Shown here: in pieces, positions 52,897 to 62,080 of the stretch
Numbering within the stretch: the stretch's first letter is position 1
Layout of the letters: every line of letters starts with the position of its first letter
Origin: Patescibacteria group bacterium
GTDB lineage: Bacteria; Patescibacteriota; Minisyncoccia; Phycocordibacterales; SIBU01
Length of the DNA stretch: 64,000 bases
Assembly: GCA_040390045.1 (NCBI GenBank)
Contig: JAZJZC010000001.1
Coordinates: forward strand, 172,005 to 236,004
Direction of reading: 5' to 3'
Made by a program: the position numbers and the translations under genes
The notes under the pieces: model-generated
Database searches by the model: none
What the model was told of the DNA's origin: nothing
Seen by the model: only the letters and a program-made list of their open reading frames with translations

Positions 52897-53763
52897 CTAT
52901 TGATGTTCACTTTTGATCTTCCCACCGAGCGTTCGCAATTCGGCCAAAGCCATGTCTGCTTCTTCCCTATTTGGTGGTTTGCCATGCCAAGTATAATCTC
53001 GTTCAAATTCCTTGACTCCTTTTCCTGGAATCGTCCGAGCAATAATCACACTTGGTTTATCAAAAACCGCTTTGGCTCGATTGACCGCTTCATCAATCGC
53101 AGAAAAATTATGCCCATCAATTTCTTGAACATGCCAATTGAAAGATTGGTATTTATCACTGAAAGGCTCGAGCGGCATAATGTCTTCGGTATACCCGTCG
53201 ATTTGAATATTATTGCGATCAACAATAGCAATTAGGTTACCTAGTTTTTCTTTTCCAGCGAGCATCATGGCTTCCCACGTATTGCCACAGTCGTGCTCAC
53301 CATCTGACATCATGCAGAAAATAAATTTTCCGGAAGTTTTACCGCCATCAATTCTGTTGGCGAGTGCCATGCCCACGGACTGAGAAAGGCCAGAGCCAAG
53401 AGGCCCAGAACTCGTCTCAAGCGCTGGCAAAAAATCACGATGCGGATGACCTTGGAGCGACGAACCAAATTTTCGTAAAGTCTTGAGCAGGTCTTTTGAA
53501 AAATATCCGGCGTGCGCCATGGTAGCGTAGAGCACCGGACAGATGTGGCCATTAGAAAGTACCAATCGGTCGCGTTCTGGCCAATCAGGAATTTTAGGAT
53601 TATGTTTCAAACCATAAAAATATAAATAGGTAAAAATGTCGGTCATGCCAAGAGGGCCTGCCGTGTGCCCCGAACCCGCTTCGACAAGCATCTCGATAAT
53701 GGACTGGCGAATATTGTTAGCCTGTAGTTCGAGATTTTTTATTGTATCTTCGTGAAGTGCCAT
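52897..53763 (-). CDS. Transketolase, N-terminal subunit
   Basis: SGH, RDRLVLSNGH, LQGHP, SGPLG.G and SDGE...G..WEA motifs. Confidence 0.93.
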   Translation of the reverse strand: MALHEDTIKNLELQANNIRQSIIEMLVEAGSGHTAGPLGMTDIFTYLYFYGLKHNPKIPDWPERDRLVLSNGHICPVLYATMAHAGYFSKDLLKTLRKFGSSLQGHPHRDFLPALETSSGPLGSGLSQSVGMALANRIDGGKTSGKFIFCMMSDGEHDCGNTWEAMMLAGKEKLGNLIAIVDRNNIQIDGYTEDIMPLEPFSDKYQSFNWHVQEIDGHNFSAIDEAVNRAKAVFDKPSVIIARTIPGKGVKEFERDYTWHGKPPNREEADMALAELRTLGGKIKSEHQ

Positions 53764-53769
53764 TTATTT

Positions 53770-54135
53770 TTAAGTCTGGCGTTTGTTGCTAAATTTTGTT
53801 TTTAAAAGCTCAACATCCTTTTTTAAAATATCAAAATCAGTATATTTAACTCGGTTAAAAGCCAAATCATCAATTCGAATATTGGTGCTGTCAAGCTTTC
53901 GTAAAATCTCTTCTCTTGCAAGAACAAGCCTTTGGTCCGTAGTAGAAATTTTTCCGTCAATTTCCTTAAAACTTCGAGCCATCATTATGGCAAGATTTTC
54001 AATTTTAGTATCAATTTCAAGACGAAGATTATTGTGTGATGGCAAAACCACATCTTCAATAGCTTTTTTAACACCCTCCAAAGTCAGGGTTTCTTTTGGC
54101 CGTACCACTTTCTTGTTATTTTTTTTAGCTTTCAT
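53770..54135 (-). CDS. Coiled-coil hypothetical protein
   Basis: I.NLA.M....F followed by heptads; overlaps the rpe stop. Confidence 0.65.
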   Translation of the reverse strand: MKAKKNNKKVVRPKETLTLEGVKKAIEDVVLPSHNNLRLEIDTKIENLAIMMARSFKEIDGKISTTDQRLVLAREEILRKLDSTNIRIDDLAFNRVKYTDFDILKKDVELLKTKFSNKRQT

Positions 54136-54823
54136 TTTTTAGACTCTTAAACTTCGCCAAATTTTCTCGAAGTGATCCGTCTGCCCACAGTGCTGAACCA
54201 ACAACCAATCTCGTGGCGCCAGAAAATAGTAAAAGTGGAGCATTCTCTAAGTTCACTCCCCCATCAACACTAATTATATGCTCGGGGTAGAGCTGTCGCA
54301 ATCGTCGCACTCTATTTAATGTACCTTCGTCAAAGGTTTTCCCTTGCTGGCCGAGATTGGAAAAATTCCAACCCATGCATTGGATAATGGAAACCTTGTC
54401 AGCAATCGGTTCAAGTAATTCTTCTGGCGTATCGAGCGCAAGAGAAACACCAAGCGGCACGCGCTCTGCCACTTCAGTTACCACCGCATTGAAATCCTTG
54501 CAACCCTCGAGTTGCACAATAATTCTCGAGGCGCCGGCGATGATCCAATCTGAAATAATCAGTTCCGGCTGGCGAACCATAAGGTGAGCTTCAAATTCCA
54601 ACTGTTCCCAAAATGGAAATCCTTCTTTTTCTTTTAGAATATCATCGAAAAACGAATCGGATTTGCTTGGCGATTGATACGGCCAACTCCGCGCGGAAAC
54701 CAAGCTACCGTCCAGTACATCAATCTGCACCACAGGTACGAGATTTCGCAGTGAAGACATTTTGTCTTCGAGCTCTTCAATATTTTTAGGAATGATGGCG
54801 GGAATGATTTCGAAATTAGGCAT
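54125..54823 (-). CDS. rpe: Ribulose-phosphate 3-epimerase
   Basis: QIDVLDG, EAHLMV, G.QG..F, VDGGV and VVGSA motifs. Confidence 0.88.
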   Translation of the reverse strand: MPNFEIIPAIIPKNIEELEDKMSSLRNLVPVVQIDVLDGSLVSARSWPYQSPSKSDSFFDDILKEKEGFPFWEQLEFEAHLMVRQPELIISDWIIAGASRIIVQLEGCKDFNAVVTEVAERVPLGVSLALDTPEELLEPIADKVSIIQCMGWNFSNLGQQGKTFDEGTLNRVRRLRQLYPEHIISVDGGVNLENAPLLLFSGATRLVVGSALWADGSLRENLAKFKSLKNES

Positions 54824-54836
54824 TAGGTTTTAGGCG

Positions 54837-55325
54837 CTAGGCCTTAGAAATTAAATCAACTTTTTGCAAGCGACGAATGTGGCGACCATCATTCGAAAAG
54901 GCTGTTTCAAGCCAGAGCTTCACCGCGGCCTGCGCTTCAGCTTCATTTAAAAACCGCGCGCCGAGTGAAAGAATATTGGAATCATTGTGCTCACGAGAAA
55001 TTTTAATTTCATTGGGAATTTCGCGTCCGTCTTTTGGGGCGTATTGGCCGTTGAACACTACCGCTCTCACATGCGGAAATCGATTAGCCACAATGGCCTC
55101 CCCTTGACCAGAACCGCCAAAAATAATTCCTCGACTGCGCTCGGGATCACCACCATCATTCGAAATCGCTTGCGCCACAGGAATTATAAAATCTGGATAA
55201 TCGTCGTCCGGCAAAAATTGATAGGCACCTTTATCTACCACCTCGTGACCGAGATTCATCAAAAATCGGGAAATCATTCCCTTGAGTTCAAATCCAGCAT
55301 GATCAGATCCGATGTAAATTTTCAT
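54837..55325 (-). CDS. rpiB: Ribose-5-phosphate isomerase B
   Basis: GSDHAGF.LK, DDYPD, GGSGQG, REHNDSN and RH.RR motifs. Confidence 0.93.
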   Translation of the reverse strand: MKIYIGSDHAGFELKGMISRFLMNLGHEVVDKGAYQFLPDDDYPDFIIPVAQAISNDGGDPERSRGIIFGGSGQGEAIVANRFPHVRAVVFNGQYAPKDGREIPNEIKISREHNDSNILSLGARFLNEAEAQAAVKLWLETAFSNDGRHIRRLQKVDLISKA

Positions 55326-55344
55326 TGGAATAGATAATTAGGAA

Positions 55345-55569
55345 TTAGGCCTCAGGTAAATTAGTTTTTCGACTTTTTTTATCAGTTGCTACCATAACAA
55401 TGAATACAATAGTCAGTAAGAAAGTGACTATCCAGATTCCACCCATAATCGCCCAAGAGTAACTTGGCGAAATTGAATTTATCATATCTTGGAATATTTC
55501 GGGGAAAAGGAAACTGCATCCTGAAATTAGTATAAAGACAAGAAACACTGTACCTGTTATCTTTTTCAT
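55345..55569 (-). CDS. Small 2-TM hypothetical protein
   Basis: ORF fills the gap between gap and rpiB. Confidence 0.55.
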   Translation of the reverse strand: MKKITGTVFLVFILISGCSFLFPEIFQDMINSISPSYSWAIMGGIWIVTFLLTIVFIVMVATDKKSRKTNLPEA

Positions 55570-55579
55570 AGTTTTATTA

Positions 55580-56605
55580 CTAAACCAACTTCCCCGCTTC
55601 AATCACATGTCGCACGAGCGTGTGAGTGTACCCCATCTCATTGTCGTACCACGCCAAAACTTTTACCAAATTTCCTCCAACCACTCGCGTCATAGAAAGA
55701 TCAGCGATAGCGCCTTCAGCGCGACCGACAATGTCTGTGGAAACGAGATCTTCACCGACTTCAGAAACTGCAAAAATACCGGACCAGCGCGGCGCCGCTG
55801 CGGCGCCGCGCAGAATTTCATTAACCTCTTCTATTGTCGTATCGCGTTTTGCAATAAAAGTAATATCGGCAATCGATCCACAGGTGACCGGAACGCGAAG
55901 GGAAATACCCTCAAACAACCCTGTTAGTTTTGTGTACGCCTTTGTCATCGCTATCCCAGCTCCGGTGCTCGATGGAATAATATTTACTGCCGCGGCACGT
56001 CCTTCACGCAAACCTTTTTTTCCCGCAGGAGCATCAACAAGCGCTTGAGTAGCGGTGTAGGCATGCACCGTATTTAAAATCGCTTTCTCAATTCCGATCG
56101 CTTCATCTAAAATCGCAATCACGGGGCTCGAAGCGTTTGTGGTGCACGAGGCGTTTGAACTGACCACGCAGGTTTGCAATTTTTCTTCGTTAATTCCAAC
56201 TAAAACCGTTGCACCCTGTGGATCTTCGTCTTTGACTGGCGCGGTAATCACCACACGTTTTGCTCCGGCAGCAATATGTAATTTAGCTTTTTCGTAACTA
56301 GCAAAAAAACCGGTCGATTCTACAACCACATCAACATTCAAATCTCCCCATGGCAATTTAGCCGGATCTTTTTCTGAAAGATATTTAATTTCCTGACCTT
56401 TCACCGTCAAAACTCCCGTTGCCCCCCTAGCTTCCAATCCGCTTCTACCGTACACAGAGTCAAAATTTAAAAGATACGCCATGTTTTCCGCATCTCCCAA
56501 ATCATTGACCGCCACCACTTCCAATTCCTTGTTTTCCAAAGAAACTTTCAAAAATGCTCTGCCAATTCTTCCAAGTCCGTTGATTCCAACTCTGATTTTT
56601 TTCAT
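55580..56605 (-). CDS. gap: Glyceraldehyde-3-phosphate dehydrogenase
   Basis: GINGLGRIGR, SNASCTTN and WYDNE motifs. Confidence 0.96.
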   Translation of the reverse strand: MKKIRVGINGLGRIGRAFLKVSLENKELEVVAVNDLGDAENMAYLLNFDSVYGRSGLEARGATGVLTVKGQEIKYLSEKDPAKLPWGDLNVDVVVESTGFFASYEKAKLHIAAGAKRVVITAPVKDEDPQGATVLVGINEEKLQTCVVSSNASCTTNASSPVIAILDEAIGIEKAILNTVHAYTATQALVDAPAGKKGLREGRAAAVNIIPSSTGAGIAMTKAYTKLTGLFEGISLRVPVTCGSIADITFIAKRDTTIEEVNEILRGAAAAPRWSGIFAVSEVGEDLVSTDIVGRAEGAIADLSMTRVVGGNLVKVLAWYDNEMGYTHTLVRHVIEAGKLV

Positions 56606-56734
56606 AGGTGATTTAGCGAAATCATGTCGGCGCAACGTCCATTGAGCGCCGACGCTTATAAATAATTTTATCTAATGTATAGGTTTCATTATAGCAACAA
56701 AACCTTTACGGGAGAAACAGCCTTTTAAATTACC

Positions 56735-57229
56735 TTATTTGCTTGCCACTGCTGCCAAATTAGTTGATGGTGCGGAAAATGGCCCAAACACTCGCAAAGA
56801 ATCTTCGGATAATTGAACAAGAGCGATTCCAGTTCCTTGGTACAAATCTAAAAATTCACTGGAGACTGTCGAGAGACCGACATGAGCATACTTTAAAAAT
56901 TTTGAAACCGGAGAAACTTTTTGTAAAGAGATGGCTGAGGCAGCAGACTCAAGCCTAACGGTTAAACTTGAAACATCTGATTGATCTATCGAAAAAATTC
57001 CAAAAATTAAACCCGCTGAAACAACTAATGCTGCCATGCCAGTTTTCCATTTAAAATTAGTTTTCTTGATCGTAGACGCAACTTTTCGCTTTTCAGAAAT
57101 TTCAGAAACAAGAGCGACAGACTTTTTTTGTAAATCTGGAATTAAAGGCGAAGAGTCAGTGTCATACACAAAAGACCCACCCCGAATGGAGAGATTTTTT
57201 TTCTTCTCAAATGTATGGTCCGAACTCAT
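56735..57229 (-). CDS. Hypothetical single-TM protein
   Basis: 164-aa ORF with one TM. Confidence 0.6.
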   Translation of the reverse strand: MSSDHTFEKKKNLSIRGGSFVYDTDSSPLIPDLQKKSVALVSEISEKRKVASTIKKTNFKWKTGMAALVVSAGLIFGIFSIDQSDVSSLTVRLESAASAISLQKVSPVSKFLKYAHVGLSTVSSEFLDLYQGTGIALVQLSEDSLRVFGPFSAPSTNLAAVASK

Positions 57230-57315
57230 AGTTCTTGGCTCTAATTATAATCCCAATAAGCCTTGTGACCTAACAAATTGTGGGGACGAGGAAAGAACTG
57301 GAGCGGTTAAACCGG

Positions 57316-58773
57316 CTATTTTGCGATACTTTCACGGATCATCGTCGCCAACATCGCGGGATTAGCCGAACCCTTGGTGGCTCTCATGCCCTGCCCCACC
57401 AAAAATTGCAACGAGGCTTCTTTTCCATTTTTAAAATCTTCAACCACTTTTGGATTAGCCTGAAGTATAGTCTTTACAATCTCGCTCAACTCCCCTTCAT
57501 TACTTTTTTGTAGGAGGCCAGCCTTTTCAGCGAGAACCACTGGATCGCCTCCGTCCTTGTACATCAAAGCAAGAACATCTTTCGCGCCGCGGGAAGAAAT
57601 AACTGATTCCCCTACTTGACGCATGAGCTTGGCAAAATTTTCCGGAGAAATTTTAGTGGAAACTTTTGCAAATTCTTCTTCCCACGAATCACCGAAATCT
57701 TTTTTCATCAACCCAATCAAATCAGACGTTAAGTAATTAATGGCAATTTTTTCATGTTTTTTTTCTCCAGCAAAAGCCGAGATGACTGCGTTAAAATAAT
57801 TTCCGAAAGGAATCACCCGCACAAAAATCTCTCGATTTTCTTCGGTCAATTTGTCTCCATACGAAGTGGAGAGCCTCTCTCGCACTTCCCTCGGTAGCTC
57901 TGGTATCTCTTTTTTAAGCGCGGCACTAGCAAATTCTGGAATCTCAGAAATCATCAGTTTCGGAAGATCGGGGTCAGGAAAATAACGATAATCATGGGAT
58001 TCTTCCTTGGCGCGCTGACTAAATGTGACCTGTTTTCCATCATCCCACCCTCGAGTTTCTTGAATGACTTTTTCTCCACTCTCGAGTACGTCGATCTGAC
58101 GTTCAAGCTCAAAACGCACCGCGCGCTCAACAGATCGAAATGAGTTAAGATTTTTTACTTCAACTTTCGTTCCAAACGTATCGGTGTCGCTCACTGAAAT
58201 ATTTGCCTCAACACGCATTTCTCCTTTTTCCATGTTGGCATTAGACACTCCTAGGTATCGCAACAAGAGTTGCAACTCACGCGCAAATGTTCCCGCTTCT
58301 TCCGCACTTTTAATGACAGGCTCAGTTACTAATTCCATGAGCGGTAATCCTGCGCGATTAAAGTCCACAAGACTGTAGTCGCCTTCGTCATGTCCCGATC
58401 GAGCCGTATCTTCCTCGAGGTGAATTCGAGTCAGCGCCACGCCAGAAAGTGTGCCGCCTTTTACCAGCGGATATTTGTATTGACTGATCTGATAGCCTTT
58501 TGGTATATCAGGATAAAAATAATTCTTACGATCAAATTCAGTAAAATCAGCGAGCTCACCTTCTACGGCCACGCCAACTTTCAAAACATGTTTAACCGCT
58601 TCTTTGTTGATCACAGGAAGCGTGCCCGGGTGCCCCATGCAGACAGGACAAATATTGACGTTAGGTTTCTGCTCATCCGGATCATTCTTGGAGTTGCAAA
58701 ACATCTTGGTCAGTGTTTTGAGTTCTGCGTGAATTTCGAGTCCAATTGTAGGTGAATATTTCTTTTGTGACAT
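57316..58773 (-). CDS. gatB: Asp-tRNA(Asn)/Glu-tRNA(Gln) amidotransferase subunit B
   Basis: IGLEIH, RKNYFYPD.PKGYQISQ, EVKNLNS and DYRYFPDPDL motifs. Confidence 0.96.
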   Translation of the reverse strand: MSQKKYSPTIGLEIHAELKTLTKMFCNSKNDPDEQKPNVNICPVCMGHPGTLPVINKEAVKHVLKVGVAVEGELADFTEFDRKNYFYPDIPKGYQISQYKYPLVKGGTLSGVALTRIHLEEDTARSGHDEGDYSLVDFNRAGLPLMELVTEPVIKSAEEAGTFARELQLLLRYLGVSNANMEKGEMRVEANISVSDTDTFGTKVEVKNLNSFRSVERAVRFELERQIDVLESGEKVIQETRGWDDGKQVTFSQRAKEESHDYRYFPDPDLPKLMISEIPEFASAALKKEIPELPREVRERLSTSYGDKLTEENREIFVRVIPFGNYFNAVISAFAGEKKHEKIAINYLTSDLIGLMKKDFGDSWEEEFAKVSTKISPENFAKLMRQVGESVISSRGAKDVLALMYKDGGDPVVLAEKAGLLQKSNEGELSEIVKTILQANPKVVEDFKNGKEASLQFLVGQGMRATKGSANPAMLATMIRESIAK

Positions 58774-58837
58774 GGACATTAGTGTAACGATTTTCATCGC
58801 TTTTTACAAATCCCGCATGATTGAGAAAACGGCAAAA

Positions 58838-59815
58838 TTAAACCGAGTACTTTTTTAAAATAGCCGTCAAATCTTTCTTTAATTTTTTGAGCGAGTCGGT
58901 GTCAATTGTCGAAACCGTGAGAATGTCGGTTGTTTTTTTGGAAAGTTTTTTTAACTTCTTAGCAACGTCTTCCTCAGAAACCATATCGGTTTTTGTGAGA
59001 ATGATCACCTCAGGCTTTTGCGTTAACTTCGGATTGTAGGCCTTGAGTTCTGCGCGGATAGTTTTATACACTTCCAAAACATCTTCATTTTCAAGTGAGA
59101 TACAATGCAAAAGCACTTTGGTTCGTTCGATGTGACGCAAAAATTGATGGCCGAGTCCTTTGCCTTCCGACGCGCCCTCAATAAGACCTGGGATGTCAGC
59201 AAGAATGTGTCCGTAAAAATCTCCGAGGTTAGGTTCGAGTGTTGTAAATTGGTAATTGCCAACTTTAGCCGTGGCGTTAGTCAGCTCATTGAGAAGAGAT
59301 GATTTTCCAGCGTTTGGCAGTCCGATAAGTCCCGCGTCGGCCACCAGTCGAAGTTCAATAAAAAAATCTGCCTCGTCCCCGGGTTTCCCCGGAGTCCATT
59401 CGTACGGTCGAATATTTTTTGAACCCTTGAAGTGCTCGTTGCCATAGCCGCCGCGGCCACCTGAGAGTAACAACACCGATTCGCCTTCCTTCAAAAGTTC
59501 CACCACCTTTTTGGTTCGCAAGTTTGTGACAAGCGATCCAACCGGCAAAAGAATTTCCAAATCATTGCCGCCTCTTCCGTGCATACTTTTGTTTTTGCCA
59601 CTTTCACCGTTCTCAGCCCGAAATTCTTTTTCATGTCGATACTTAGCGAGCACACCGATGTCCCTCGCCCCGCGCACGATCACATTTCCTCCATTGCCAC
59701 CGTCGCCTCCGGCAGGACCGCCGAATTCTTTACCTTTCTCGTGCAACCACGAGACAATACCCCGGCCACCATTGCCGGCTTTCATGTGCATTTTTAATTC
59801 GTCTACGAAGGCCAT
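58838..59815 (-). CDS. obgE: GTPase ObgE/CgtA
   Basis: Gly-rich Obg fold; GLPNAGKSS and DIPGLIEGAS.GKGLG motifs. Confidence 0.96.
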   Translation of the reverse strand: MAFVDELKMHMKAGNGGRGIVSWLHEKGKEFGGPAGGDGGNGGNVIVRGARDIGVLAKYRHEKEFRAENGESGKNKSMHGRGGNDLEILLPVGSLVTNLRTKKVVELLKEGESVLLLSGGRGGYGNEHFKGSKNIRPYEWTPGKPGDEADFFIELRLVADAGLIGLPNAGKSSLLNELTNATAKVGNYQFTTLEPNLGDFYGHILADIPGLIEGASEGKGLGHQFLRHIERTKVLLHCISLENEDVLEVYKTIRAELKAYNPKLTQKPEVIILTKTDMVSEEDVAKKLKKLSKKTTDILTVSTIDTDSLKKLKKDLTAILKKYSV

Positions 59816-59823
59816 AGGATTTT

Positions 59824-59861
59824 AGTTTATCAAGTTAAAAGTTATAAAGTTCATCAAGTTA
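59824..59861. repeat. 7-9-mer AGTT-based tandem repeat (downstream flank of the four-helix-bundle gene)
   Basis: AGTTTATCA AGTTAAA AGTTATAA AGTTCATCA AGTTA. Confidence 0.75.
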
Positions 59862-60203
59862 CAGCACCTTAATAAGACCGGACAGAAGTTTTGAGATCTC
59901 AATGGAACTTGAATAAATTTCCTTGAAATCGCTCTCCTTGAGATATCCTAACTCTACACCAACATGAGCCATTGAGCGAACTTCTCCACATGACCCTTTC
60001 GCCACGTATAAAAATTGCTTGAACTCTTTATTGCTTCTCCTTTCATATCCTTCCGCAATATTATTTGAAATACTCACTACCGCTCTCTGAATCTGATCCC
60101 TAAAACCGTAATCTTTATTATCTTTTAAAATTTTATAAAGTAAGACAGCTAAACTTTTTGCCCTTTGCCACGAAAGTATATCCTCAAATTTTTCTATCTT
60201 CAT
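59859..60203 (-). CDS. Four helix bundle protein (23S rRNA IVP / bAvd-like family)
   Basis: FEDI..WQ.A, DQI.RA.VSI.NNIAEG.ER...KEF..FL..AKGS.GE motifs. Confidence 0.92.
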   Translation of the reverse strand: MKIEKFEDILSWQRAKSLAVLLYKILKDNKDYGFRDQIQRAVVSISNNIAEGYERRSNKEFKQFLYVAKGSCGEVRSMAHVGVELGYLKESDFKEIYSSSIEISKLLSGLIKVL

Positions 60204-60250
60204 ACTTTATAAACTTGATAACTTGATGAACTTTATGAACTTTATGAACT
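60204..60250. repeat. Tandem repeat inverted relative to 59824-59861 (upstream flank)
   Basis: ACTTTATAA ACTTGATA ACTTGATGA ACTTTATGA ACTTTATGA ACT. Confidence 0.8.
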
Positions 60251-61138
60251 CAGAGCGAGCTCCGCGAGCTTAATCGCCCCGGCTTTTGATTGTGCAACGG
60301 CCATGAAGCGACCGTTGTGACAAAAAACAGCATCGGGAACGCCGGTGACAGAAGCTAACTCAGCGTCGCGCTTGCCAGCCCAAGCCTCTGGCAAATTCTT
60401 CCGATTTTTAAATGACGCTTCGTCATCCCGAATGGCGCCGACATTCCATTTACCGTCGGGGCGAGGATGCACCACAAACAACGGCTCCGAAAATCCTCCC
60501 AGGGTTTTTTGGTGAGGATAAAAAGCGTCGAGCACAACCACTCGTTTGTCTTTCGACGATTCATACGCCGCAATCACCAATTTTTCCGCTTCAAGCGAGC
60601 CCCTAGAGTGCTCAATTTCACGCGTCAAAATTTGCCGCGCGATAGCAACTGCTTCTAAAAATTTTGTGTCGAGTGAGTCGATCGATTCCTGCCATGTTGG
60701 TCTGAGATTGTGGAAAAAATCACCCACAAGATACGGCTCAACGTCATCAAAGTTTTTTTTATAAATATCGATGCCGTTATCGCCCGCGTCAATCGAAGAA
60801 ACCAATTTTTGATCCACCGAGGCCGCCAACTTTTCTGAACCGGCAATATCCTTGCCATACTTCTGCCACACCAAACCGAACGCGGCGAAGGAGATTCCAT
60901 TCGCTCGCTTCCCCGCACCTCCCGCTTGATGATGATCAAAACGGTTGTTTTTTTCGTCATGCGCGCCACCAACATCCACCACAAAATCTGCCTTGCGCAA
61001 TCTATCTTCATCGCGAGTTCTAATCACGGTAGTCAACACAGGAGTTTTCTCCAACAAACACAAAAGAGTAGCCACAGCAAAAATATCATCCGGGTGGAAC
61101 ATGCCATCATGCGTAGCAATTACAACCTTTTTGTCCAT
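60242..61138 (-). CDS. MYG1 family exonuclease
   Basis: THDG.FH.DD, DVGG, FDHHQ, P..WAG and FCH...F motifs. Confidence 0.92.
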   Translation of the reverse strand: MDKKVVIATHDGMFHPDDIFAVATLLCLLEKTPVLTTVIRTRDEDRLRKADFVVDVGGAHDEKNNRFDHHQAGGAGKRANGISFAAFGLVWQKYGKDIAGSEKLAASVDQKLVSSIDAGDNGIDIYKKNFDDVEPYLVGDFFHNLRPTWQESIDSLDTKFLEAVAIARQILTREIEHSRGSLEAEKLVIAAYESSKDKRVVVLDAFYPHQKTLGGFSEPLFVVHPRPDGKWNVGAIRDDEASFKNRKNLPEAWAGKRDAELASVTGVPDAVFCHNGRFMAVAQSKAGAIKLAELALSS

Positions 61139-61177
61139 AATGGAACTACTATACTACAAGTGCGAAAGAGAATCGAA

Positions 61178-61588
61178 TTATCGATTGAGCATCCTTTTTA
61201 TGTCTTCTAGACCTTGAGTGAGCAAATCAACTTTTTTATGTAACACGTGGATGAGCACCTCTTCATCTCGAACCTCTGATTCAGTTTTTTCCTCAACTTT
61301 TTTCTCATGCTTCAGCCCAGACATGATGATTCTGTCTCCGATAAAAAACGAGACAAAGATACCTGTGCCCAATAGGATTATCATACTGATAAGAAGAGAA
61401 ATTATGGGATCAAAAATAATTGCCCATAGCCCGCCCTTCAGAGCCAATATGTCCGCAAGATCCCAGATGCCTCTCCAAAATAAAACAATCGACACCGCTC
61501 CGATGAGCGCGTAGAGAATCGGAACGTGACTCAATTGTCCTCGAGTTTTATCTTCCAAATGATCGAAAAATTTAAGAATTTTAGTCAT
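61178..61588 (-). CDS. Hypothetical 2-TM protein
   Basis: LEDK.R..LS..PI.YA.IG....VLFWRGIW motif. Confidence 0.75.
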   Translation of the reverse strand: MTKILKFFDHLEDKTRGQLSHVPILYALIGAVSIVLFWRGIWDLADILALKGGLWAIIFDPIISLLISMIILLGTGIFVSFFIGDRIIMSGLKHEKKVEEKTESEVRDEEVLIHVLHKKVDLLTQGLEDIKRMLNR

Positions 61589-61598
61589 AAAATCAAAA

Positions 61599-62066
61599 TT
61601 ATTTTTTATTATTCTTTTGCTTGTTAACAAGCCATGAACTCGACTGCACCTTGCCTCCATGACCGATATTGAAAACCATTTTGATATTGTGCTTGTTGCA
61701 TACGACACTTTCTAAACTGGGAATTTCATCGGGGTTTCTACGATCTCCGCCGTTCGCAAAAATGTCAGGTCGGATTTTTTCAAGCTCGGCGCAAACGCTC
61801 GTGTCAGTCACTATTTCTGGATGTGAGGTCAACACCACTTCATCGACTGCGGCTAAAGCCTCCAAAATTTCTTTCCGCTCGGCTTCTGGCATAAACGGTT
61901 CGCCCTTTTTATTTTTTAGCCAGTTATCGTTGTTTAAAATTACAACCAATTTGTCCCCGAGTTTTTTAGCCTCGTTAAACATCCGCACGTGACCGATGTG
62001 GACTGGGTCAAATCCCCCAGAAACAGCGACTACGAGGGGTTTCTTGTTGTTTTCTGCTTTTTTCAT
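61599..62066 (-). CDS. Cytidylyltransferase (RfaE-II/TagD-like)
   Basis: SGGFDP.H.GH, FANGGDR and K.QSSS motifs. Confidence 0.9.
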   Translation of the reverse strand: MKKAENNKKPLVVAVSGGFDPVHIGHVRMFNEAKKLGDKLVVILNNDNWLKNKKGEPFMPEAERKEILEALAAVDEVVLTSHPEIVTDTSVCAELEKIRPDIFANGGDRRNPDEIPSLESVVCNKHNIKMVFNIGHGGKVQSSSWLVNKQKNNKK

Positions 62067-62080
62067 ATTTTCTATTCTTC

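Noticed and set aside
59859-60203. Diversity-generating retroelement (Avd-like gene)
   Set aside because: No reverse transcriptase, and no repeat pair with adenine-specific mismatches seen; the 33860/47333 differences are structure-compensatory
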